Origin: Enterobacteria phage FfLavender
Strand: one strand, 5' to 3'
DNA: 6,412 nucleotides
Sequence record: PP430149.1
The position numbers were made by a program, and so were the translations under genes. The notes under the pieces were generated by a model, which was not told where the DNA came from, ran no database searches, and worked only from the letters and a program-made list of their open reading frames with translations. Each line of letters starts with the position of its first letter. Position 1 is the stretch's first letter. Positions 1 to 5,154 of the stretch are shown piece by piece.

Positions 1-80
1 CGGCGCATTAAGCGCGGCGGGTGTGGTGGTTACGCGCAGCGTGACCGCTACACTTGCCAGCGCCCTAGCGCCCGCTCCTT
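1..80 (+). promoter_or_regulatory. Ff intergenic-region hairpin A: morphogenetic (packaging) signal, also the region where transcription ending after gene IV terminates
   Basis: GC-rich imperfect inverted repeat (gcgcggcgggtgtggtggt ... gccagcgccctagcgcccgct) immediately after the gene IV stop, matching the position and sequence of the f1/M13 packaging signal as I recall it. Exact hairpin boundaries are approximate. Confidence 0.6.
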
Positions 81-84
81 TCGC

Positions 85-240
85 TTTCTTCCCTTCCTTT
101 CTCGCCACGTTCTCCGGCTTTTCCCCGTCAAGCTCTAAATCGGGGGATCCCTTTAGGGTTCCGATTTAGTGCTTTACGGCACCTCGACCCCCAAAAACTT
201 GATTTGGGTGATGGTTCACGTAGTGGGCCATCGCCCTGAT
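85..240 (+). promoter_or_regulatory. Minus-strand (complementary-strand) origin region, hairpins B/C, site of host RNA polymerase primer synthesis
   Basis: Position between the packaging hairpin and the plus-strand nick site, with recognisable Ff intergenic sequence (ctctaaatcggggg..ccctttagggttccgatttagtgctttacggcacctcgacccc). Boundaries are approximate and rest on the known order of Ff intergenic elements. Confidence 0.5.
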
Positions 241-261
241 AGACGGTTTTTCGCCCTTTGC

Positions 262-315
262 CGTTGGAGTCCACGTTCTTTAATAGTGGACTCTTGTTCC
301 AAACTGGAACAATCA
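262..315 (+). promoter_or_regulatory. Plus-strand origin core (domain A): pII recognition hairpins D and E, with the nick site between 281 and 282
   Basis: Sequence gagtccacgTTCTTT^AATAgtggactc forms the canonical hairpin (stems 268-275 and 287-294) with the pII nick sequence in its loop. It is followed by the second palindrome ttgttccaaactggaacaa (295-312). The nick falls about 281 nt after the gene IV stop, as in M13. Confidence 0.8.
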
Positions 316-434
316 TTACAACCTGCAAGGCCTATTGTTTTGATTTATAAGGGAATTTACCAAATCTAAGCCATTGCTCAAAAAATAACCATATTTAACA
401 GAAATTTAACCCGTTTTTTAACAAAATTTTAACG
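316..434 (+). promoter_or_regulatory. Plus-strand origin domain B (A+T-rich replication enhancer region)
   Basis: A+T-rich noncoding stretch between origin hairpin E and the gene II promoter, partly recognisable as Ff sequence (ttgatttataaggga, aaatttaac, ttttaacaaaat). The assignment is positional. Confidence 0.4.
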
Positions 435-463
435 TTTACAATTTTAATATTTGCTTATACAAT
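435..463 (+). promoter_or_regulatory. Gene II promoter (sigma70-type)
   Basis: TTTACA at 435-440, a 17-nt spacer, then TACAAT at 458-463, about 45 nt upstream of the gene II ATG. This matches the known strong promoter in the Ff intergenic region. Confidence 0.65.
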
Positions 464-469
464 CTTCCT

Positions 470-506
470 GTTTTTGGGGCTTTTCTGATTATCAACCGGG
501 GTATAT
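470..506 (+). promoter_or_regulatory. Gene II mRNA leader with putative pV translational operator and ribosome-binding site
   Basis: U-rich leader gtttttggggcttttctg (470-487), followed by ccgggg a few bases upstream of the ATG at 507. In Ff phages pV represses gene II/X translation by binding the gene II leader. The exact operator bounds are from memory and not verified. Confidence 0.4.
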
Positions 507-1739
507 ATGATTGATATGCTTGTTTTAAGATTACCGTTCATCGATTCTCTTGTTTGCTCCAGGCTTTCAGGTAATGACCTGATAGCCTTTGTAGACCTTT
601 CAAAAATTGCTACCCTCTCCGGCATGAATTTATCAGCTAGAACGGTTGAGTATCATATTGATGGTGATTTTACTGTTTCCGGTCTTTCTCATCCTTTTGA
701 ATCTTTACCTACACATTACTCCGGTATTGCTTTTAAAATATATGAGGGGTCAAAGAATTTTTATCCCTGCGTTGAAATAAAGGCTTCACCTGCAAAAGTT
801 TTACAGGGTCATAATGTTTTTGGTACAACCGATTTAGCTTTATGCTCTGAGGCTTTATTGCTTAATTTTGCTAATTCTCTGCCTTGCCTTTATGATTTAT
901 TGGATGTTAACGCTACTTCTATTAGTAGAATAGATGCCACCTTTTCAGCTCGCGCCCCAAATGAAAATATAGCTAAACAGGTGATTGACCATTTACGCAA
1001 CGTTTCAAATGGTCAAACTAAATCAACACGGTCGCAGAATTGGGAATCTACTGTTACTTGGAATGAAACTTCCAGACACCGTACTTTAGTTGCATATTTA
1101 AAGCACGTTGAATTACAGCATCAGATTCAGCAATTAAGCTCTAAGCCATCGGCAAAAATGACCGCTTATCAGAAGGAGCAATTAAAAGTATTATCCAATC
1201 CTGATTTATTGGAGTTCGCTTCCGGCTTGGTGCGTTTTGAGGCTCGTATAAAAACCAGATACTTAAAGTCTTTCGGACTTCCTCTAAATCTTTTTGATGC
1301 AATTCGCTTTGCATCCGACTATAATAGACAAGGTAAAGACCTGATTTTTGATTTATGGTCATTCTCGTTTTCTGAATTGTTTAAAGCATTTGAGGGGGAT
1401 TCAATGAACATTTATGACGATTCCGCAGTTTTGGACGCTATCCAATCTAAGCATTTTACTGTCACCCCCTCTGGCAAAATCTCTTATGCAAAAGCCTCTC
1501 GCTATTTTGGCTTTTATCGCCGTTTGGTAAATGAGGGATATGATAGCGTTGCTCTTACCATGCCCCGTAATTCCTTTTGGCGCTATGTTTCTACATTAGT
1601 TGAATGCGGCATTCCTAAATCTCAATTAATGAATCTTTCTACCTGTAATAATGTCGTCCCGTTAGTACGTTTTATTAACGTGGATTTTTCCTCCCAACGT
1701 CCTGACTGGTATAATGAGCCAGTTCTTAAAATCGCATAA
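507..1739 (+). CDS. gII: pII, replication initiator: site-specific nickase/ligase for rolling-circle replication
   Basis: 410-aa ORF beginning MIDMLVLRLPFIDSLVCSRLSGNDLIAF and ending NEPVLKIA, recognisably Ff gene II protein. It is the first gene after the intergenic region and has the canonical length. Confidence 0.97.
   Translation: MIDMLVLRLPFIDSLVCSRLSGNDLIAFVDLSKIATLSGMNLSARTVEYHIDGDFTVSGLSHPFESLPTHYSGIAFKIYEGSKNFYPCVEIKASPAKVLQGHNVFGTTDLALCSEALLLNFANSLPCLYDLLDVNATSISRIDATFSARAPNENIAKQVIDHLRNVSNGQTKSTRSQNWESTVTWNETSRHRTLVAYLKHVELQHQIQQLSSKPSAKMTAYQKEQLKVLSNPDLLEFASGLVRFEARIKTRYLKSFGLPLNLFDAIRFASDYNRQGKDLIFDLWSFSFSELFKAFEGDSMNIYDDSAVLDAIQSKHFTVTPSGKISYAKASRYFGFYRRLVNEGYDSVALTMPRNSFWRYVSTLVECGIPKSQLMNLSTCNNVVPLVRFINVDFSSQRPDWYNEPVLKIA
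1404..1739 (+). CDS. gX: pX, replication regulator made from an in-frame internal start within gene II (C-terminal 111 aa of pII)
   Basis: In-frame ATG at 1404 (pII Met300, context ...FEGDS-M-NIYDD) preceded by a purine-rich gagggggatt, giving 111 codons to the shared stop. This matches known Ff gene X. Confidence 0.85.
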   Translation: MNIYDDSAVLDAIQSKHFTVTPSGKISYAKASRYFGFYRRLVNEGYDSVALTMPRNSFWRYVSTLVECGIPKSQLMNLSTCNNVVPLVRFINVDFSSQRPDWYNEPVLKIA

Positions 1740-1750
1740 GGTAATTCAAA

Positions 1751-2014
1751 ATGATTAAAGTTGAAATTAAACCATCTCAAGCGCAATTCACTACCCGTTC
1801 TGGTGTTTCTCGTCAGGGCAAGCCTTATTCACTGAATGAGCAGCTTTGCTATGTGGATTTGGGTAATGAATATCCGGTGCTTGTCAAGATTACCCTTGAT
1901 GAGGGTCAGCCAGCTTACGCGCCCGGCCTCTACACGGTTCATCTTTCCTCTTTCAAAGTTGGTCAGTTCGGTTCTCTTATGATTGACCGTCTGCGCCTCG
2001 TTCCGGCTAAGTAA
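1751..2014 (+). CDS. gV: pV, ssDNA-binding protein and translational repressor
   Basis: 87-aa ORF MIKVEIKPSQAQFTTRSGVSRQGKPYSLNEQLCYVDLGNEYPVLVKITLDEGQPAYAPGLYTVHLSSFKVGQFGSLMIDRLRLVPAK, which matches canonical Ff gene V protein as I recall it. aagg lies upstream of the ATG. Confidence 0.97.
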   Translation: MIKVEIKPSQAQFTTRSGVSRQGKPYSLNEQLCYVDLGNEYPVLVKITLDEGQPAYAPGLYTVHLSSFKVGQFGSLMIDRLRLVPAK

Positions 2015-2015
2015 C

Positions 2016-2117
2016 ATGGAGCAGGTCGCAGATTTCGACACAATTTATCAGGCGATGATACAAATCTCCGTTGTACTTTGTTTCGCGCTTGGTATAATCG
2101 CAGGGGGTCAAAGATGA
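2016..2117 (+). CDS. gVII: pVII, minor coat protein at the virion tip that emerges first
   Basis: ATG at 2016, two bases after the gene V TAA. Translates to MEQVADFDTIYQAMIQISVVLCFALGIIAGGQR (33 aa), stop TGA at 2115-2117. Absent from the ORF track because of its size. Confidence 0.9.
   Translation: MEQVADFDTIYQAMIQISVVLCFALGIIAGGQR
2071..2098 (+). promoter_or_regulatory. Candidate strong promoter for the gene IX/VIII transcript, located inside gene VII
   Basis: TTGTAC at 2071-2076, a 16-nt spacer, then a perfect TATAAT at 2093-2098. This is consistent with the known strong Ff promoter upstream of gene VIII. Confidence 0.55.
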
Positions 2118-2212
2118 GTGTTTTAGTGTATTCTTTCGCCTCTTTCGTATTAGGTTGGTGCCTTCGTAGCGGCATTACGTATTTTACTCGTTTAATGGAA
2201 ACTTCCTCATGA
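2114..2212 (+). CDS. gIX: pIX, minor coat protein at the virion tip that emerges first
   Basis: ATG at 2114 overlaps the gene VII stop (ATGA). Translates to MSVLVYSFASFVLGWCLRSGITYFTRLMETSS (32 aa), stop TGA at 2210-2212, which overlaps the gene VIII ATG. Confidence 0.9.
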   Translation: MSVLVYSFASFVLGWCLRSGITYFTRLMETSS

Positions 2213-2430
2213 AAAAGTCTTTAGTCCTCAAAGCCTCTGTAGCTGTTGCTACCCTCGTTCCTATGCTGTCTTTCGCTGCTCAGGGTGATGATCCCGCTAA
2301 AGCGGCCTTTGACTCTCTTCAAGCCTCTGCAACCGAATATATCGGTTATGCCTGGGCGATGGTTGTTGTTATCGTCGGCGCAACTATCGGTATCAAGCTG
2401 TTTAAGAAATTCACCTCGAAAGCAAGCTGA
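2209..2430 (+). CDS. gVIII: pVIII, major coat protein precursor (23-aa signal peptide plus 50-aa mature protein)
   Basis: 73-aa ORF MKKSLVLKASVAVATLVPMLSFA/AQGDDPAKAAFDSLQASATEYIGYAWAMVVVIVGATIGIKLFKKFTSKAS, with the typical signal peptide, hydrophobic core and basic C-terminus. Confidence 0.97.
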   Translation: MKKSLVLKASVAVATLVPMLSFAAQGDDPAKAAFDSLQASATEYIGYAWAMVVVIVGATIGIKLFKKFTSKAS

Positions 2431-2445
2431 TAACCCGATACAATT

Positions 2446-2473
2446 AAAGGCTCCTTTTGGAGCCTTTTTTTTT
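2446..2473 (+). terminator. Rho-independent terminator downstream of gene VIII
   Basis: Perfect stem aaaggctcc / ggagccttt (2446-2454 and 2459-2467) with a tttt loop, followed by a run of nine T (2465-2473). This is the classic intrinsic terminator after Ff gene VIII. Confidence 0.85.
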
Positions 2474-2486
2474 GGAGATTTTCAAC

Positions 2487-3764
2487 GTGAAAAAATTATT
2501 ATTCGCAATTCCTTTAGTGATTCCCTTTTATTCTCATTCTGCTGAAACTGTTGAAAGTTGTTTAGCTAAACCTCAAACAGAAAATTCATTTACTAACGTC
2601 TGGAAAGACGAAAAAACATTAGATCGTTATGCCAACTATGAAGGTTGCCTCTGGAATGTAACTGGTGTAATTGTTTGTACTGGCGATGAAACTCAGTGTT
2701 ATGGCACTTGGGTTCCTATCGGTGTTGCAATCCCTGAAAATGAGGGTGGTGGCTCTGAGGGTGGTGGCTCTGAGGGTGGCGGTTCTGAGGGTGGTGGTAC
2801 TACTCCCCCTGAGTACGGTGATACTCCTATTCCGGGTTATACCTATATAAATCCTCTTGACGGCACATATCCGCCTGGTACTGAGCAAAACCCTGCTAAC
2901 CCTAACCCTACTCTTTATGAGTCTGAGCCTTTAAATACTTGGATGTTCCAGAATAATAGATTTAGTAATAGGCAAGGTGCATTAACTGTCTATACCAGTA
3001 CTGTTACGCAAGGTACTGACCCTGTTAAAACTTATTACCAGTACACTCCTGTTTCATCTAAAGCCATGTATGACGCTTTCTGGAATGGCAAGTTTAGGGA
3101 TTGCGCTTTTCATTCTGGTTTTAATGAGCATCCATTCGTCTGCAAATATCAAGGCCAATCATCTGACCTGCCCCAACCTCCTATTAATGCTGGCGGCGGT
3201 TCTGGTGGTGGTTCCGAAGGTGGCGGCTCTGAGGGTGGTGGCTCTGAGGGTGGCGGTTCTGAGGGTGGCGGTTCTGAGGGTGGCGGTACTGGCGGCGGCT
3301 CTGGTTCTGGCGATTTTGATTATGACAAAATGGCAAATGCTAATAAGGGGGCATTAACCGAAAATGCAGACGAAAACGCATTACAGAGTGACGCTAAAGG
3401 CAAACTTGATTCTGTCGCTAATGATTACGGTGCTGCTATCGATGGCTTCATCGGTGATGTTTCCGGTCTTGCTAATGGTAATGGTGCTACTGGTGATTTT
3501 GCTGGCTCTAATTCCCAAATGGCGCAAATTGGTGACGGTGATAATTCGCCTTTAATGAATAATTTCCGTCAATATTTACCATCATTGCCGCAGTCCGTTG
3601 AATGTCGTCCTTTCGTATTTGGTGCTGGTAAGCCTTATGAGTTTTCTATTGACTGTGACAAAATAAACTTATTTCGTGGTGTTTTTGCATTTCTGTTATA
3701 CGTTGCTACGTTCATGTATGTTTTTTCAACCTTTGCTAATATTCTGCGTAATAAGGAGTCTTAA
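2487..3764 (+). CDS. gIII: pIII, minor coat and adsorption protein (N1-N2-CT domains with Gly-rich linkers), GTG start
   Basis: GTG at 2487 preceded by ggag. Signal peptide [18 protein letters not shown], then [60 protein letters not shown]-like N1 sequence, two (E)GGGS linker arrays and the C-terminal anchor ...[26 protein letters not shown]. The track's 2457 start is an upstream in-frame extension across the terminator. Confidence 0.95.
   Translation: MKKLLFAIPLVIPFYSHSAETVESCLAKPQTENSFTNVWKDEKTLDRYANYEGCLWNVTGVIVCTGDETQCYGTWVPIGVAIPENEGGGSEGGGSEGGGSEGGGTTPPEYGDTPIPGYTYINPLDGTYPPGTEQNPANPNPTLYESEPLNTWMFQNNRFSNRQGALTVYTSTVTQGTDPVKTYYQYTPVSSKAMYDAFWNGKFRDCAFHSGFNEHPFVCKYQGQSSDLPQPPINAGGGSGGGSEGGGSEGGGSEGGGSEGGGSEGGGTGGGSGSGDFDYDKMANANKGALTENADENALQSDAKGKLDSVANDYGAAIDGFIGDVSGLANGNGATGDFAGSNSQMAQIGDGDNSPLMNNFRQYLPSLPQSVECRPFVFGAGKPYEFSIDCDKINLFRGVFAFLLYVATFMYVFSTFANILRNKES
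2742..2801 (+). repeat. Tandem 15-nt coding repeat (gagggtggtggctct x about 4) encoding the first EGGGS linker of pIII
   Basis: Direct tandem units are visible at 2742-2756, 2757-2771, 2772-2786 and 2787-2801, with minor third-position variation. Confidence 0.9.
3192..3311 (+). repeat. Tandem 12/15-nt coding repeats encoding the second, longer GGGS/EGGGS linker of pIII
   Basis: Runs of ggtggcggctct / gagggtggcggttct units translate to [40 protein letters not shown]. Confidence 0.9.
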
Positions 3765-3766
3765 TC

Positions 3767-4105
3767 ATGCCAGTATTGTTAGGTATTCCGTTATTACTAC
3801 GCTTTCTGGGTTTCCTTCTGGTAACTTTATTTGGTTATCTCCTTACCTTTTTGAAAAAGGGATTCGGTAAGATAGCTATTGCTATTTCATTGTTTCTCGC
3901 TCTAATTATTGGGCTTAACTCTATTCTCGTGGGTTATCTTTCCGATATTAGCGCACAATTACCCTCTGATTTTGTTCAGGGTGTACAGCTTATTCTCCCT
4001 TCTAATGCGCTTCCCTGTTTTTATGTTATTCTTTCTGTCAAGGCTGCTATATTCATTTTCGATGTTAAGCAAAAAATCGTTACTTATTTGGATTGGGATA
4101 AATAA
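3767..4105 (+). CDS. gVI: pVI, minor coat protein at the pIII end of the virion
   Basis: 112-aa hydrophobic ORF MPVLLGIPLLLRFLGFLLVTLFGYLLTFLKKGFGKIAIAISLFLALIIGLNSILVGYLSDISAQLPSDFVQGVQLILPSNALPCFYVILSVKAAIFIFDVKQKIVTYLDWDK. ATG lies 3 nt after the gene III TAA, with aggag upstream. Confidence 0.95.
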   Translation: MPVLLGIPLLLRFLGFLLVTLFGYLLTFLKKGFGKIAIAISLFLALIIGLNSILVGYLSDISAQLPSDFVQGVQLILPSNALPCFYVILSVKAAIFIFDVKQKIVTYLDWDK

Positions 4106-4107
4106 CT

Positions 4108-5154
4108 ATGGCTGTTTATTTTGTAACTGGTAAATTAGGTTCTGGAAAGACCCTCGTTAGCGTCGGTAAGATTCAGGATAAGATTGTTTCTGGCTGCAAA
4201 ATAGCGACTAATCTTGATTTAAGGCTTCACAACCTCCCGCAAGTCGGGAGGTTTGCTAAAACGCCTCGCGTTCTTAGAATACCGGATAAGCCTTCTATTT
4301 CTGATTTGCTTGCTATTGGTCGTGGTAATGAATCATATGATGAAAATAAAAACGGCTTACTTGTTCTTGATGAATGTGGTACTTGGTTTAATACTCGTTC
4401 GTGGAACGATAAGGAAAGACAGCCGATTATTGATTGGTTTTTGCACGCTCGTAAATTGGGATGGGATATTATTTTTCTTGTTCAGGATTTATCAATAGTT
4501 GATAAACAGGCGCGTTCTGCACTTGCTGAACACGTCGTTTATTGTCGTAGACTTGACAGAATTACATTACCTTTTGTTGGTACTTTGTATTCTTTAATAA
4601 CAGGCTCTAAGATGCCTTTGCCAAAATTGCATGTTGGAGTTGTTAAATATGGAGATTCGCAATTAAGCCCTACCGTTGAGCGTTGGCTTTATACTGGTAA
4701 GAATTTATATAATGCTTATGATACTAAACAGGCATTTTCTAGTAATTATGATTCAGGTGTTTATACATATTTAACTCCTTATTTAACTCATGGTCGGTAT
4801 TTCAAACCTTTAAATTTAGGTCAGAAGATGAAATTAACAAGAATTTATCTCAAAAAGTTTTCACGTATTCTTTGTCTTGCGCTGGGATTTGCATCAGCGT
4901 TTACATATACTTATATAACCCAACCTAAGCAGGAGGTTAAAAAAGTAGTCTCTCAGACCTATGATTTTGATAAATTTACTATTGACTCTTCTCAGCGTCT
5001 TAACCTAAGCTATCGTTATGTTTTCAAGGATTCTAAGGGAAAATTAATTACTAGCGATGATTTAAAGAAGCAAGGTTATTCTCTTACTTATATTGATTTG
5101 TGTACTGTTTCTATTAAAAAAGGTAATTCAAATGAAATTGTTAAATGTAATTAA
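4108..5154 (+). CDS. gI: pI, inner-membrane assembly ATPase (Walker A motif GKLGSGKT)
   Basis: 348-aa ORF starting MAVYFVTGKLGSGKTLVSVGKIQDKIV, with a P-loop near the N-terminus and a central hydrophobic segment (ILCLALGFASAFTYTYI). Canonical position after gene VI. Confidence 0.95.
   Translation: MAVYFVTGKLGSGKTLVSVGKIQDKIVSGCKIATNLDLRLHNLPQVGRFAKTPRVLRIPDKPSISDLLAIGRGNESYDENKNGLLVLDECGTWFNTRSWNDKERQPIIDWFLHARKLGWDIIFLVQDLSIVDKQARSALAEHVVYCRRLDRITLPFVGTLYSLITGSKMPLPKLHVGVVKYGDSQLSPTVERWLYTGKNLYNAYDTKQAFSSNYDSGVYTYLTPYLTHGRYFKPLNLGQKMKLTRIYLKKFSRILCLALGFASAFTYTYITQPKQEVKKVVSQTYDFDKFTIDSSQRLNLSYRYVFKDSKGKLITSDDLKKQGYSLTYIDLCTVSIKKGNSNEIVKCN
4828..5154 (+). CDS. gXI: pXI, assembly protein made from an in-frame internal start within gene I (C-terminal 108 aa of pI)
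   Basis: In-frame ATG at 4828 (pI Met241, context LGQK-M-KLTRIYLKKF) lies just upstream of the membrane-spanning segment. This matches known Ff gene XI. Confidence 0.8.
   Translation: MKLTRIYLKKFSRILCLALGFASAFTYTYITQPKQEVKKVVSQTYDFDKFTIDSSQRLNLSYRYVFKDSKGKLITSDDLKKQGYSLTYIDLCTVSIKKGNSNEIVKCN

Noticed and set aside
128-369. ORFs 128-328 (-) and 169-369 (+) in the intergenic region
   Set aside because: They lie across the replication origins and packaging hairpin. Ff phages have no genes here and transcribe only the + strand. No start context is visible, and their length is consistent with chance.
300-506. Possibility that this is an M13mp-type or phagemid cloning vector
   Set aside because: There is no lacZ-alpha, lac promoter/operator, polylinker or resistance gene. 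The intergenic region is wild-type length, about 506 nt.
1141-2175. Antisense ORFs 1141-1362, 1829-2041 and 1963-2175 (-)
   Set aside because: They run opposite to genes II, V, VII and IX. All Ff genes are on one strand, and these are short, low-complexity, overlapping frames without promoter or ribosome-binding support.
2246-2545. Plus-strand ORF 2246-2545 spanning gene VIII into gene III
   Set aside because: It is an alternative frame of gene VIII that reads through the intrinsic terminator hairpin. It is an out-of-frame artefact.
2742-3311. Possible CRISPR array suggested by short tandem repeats
   Set aside because: The repeats are contiguous 15-nt coding units with no spacers, and they sit in frame inside gene III encoding Gly-rich linkers.
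3070-3357. ORF 3070-3357 (+) with a repetitive VAALRVA motif
   Set aside because: It is a frame-shifted reading of the pIII Gly-Ser linker repeats. Its repetitiveness comes from the tandem DNA repeats, not from a real protein.
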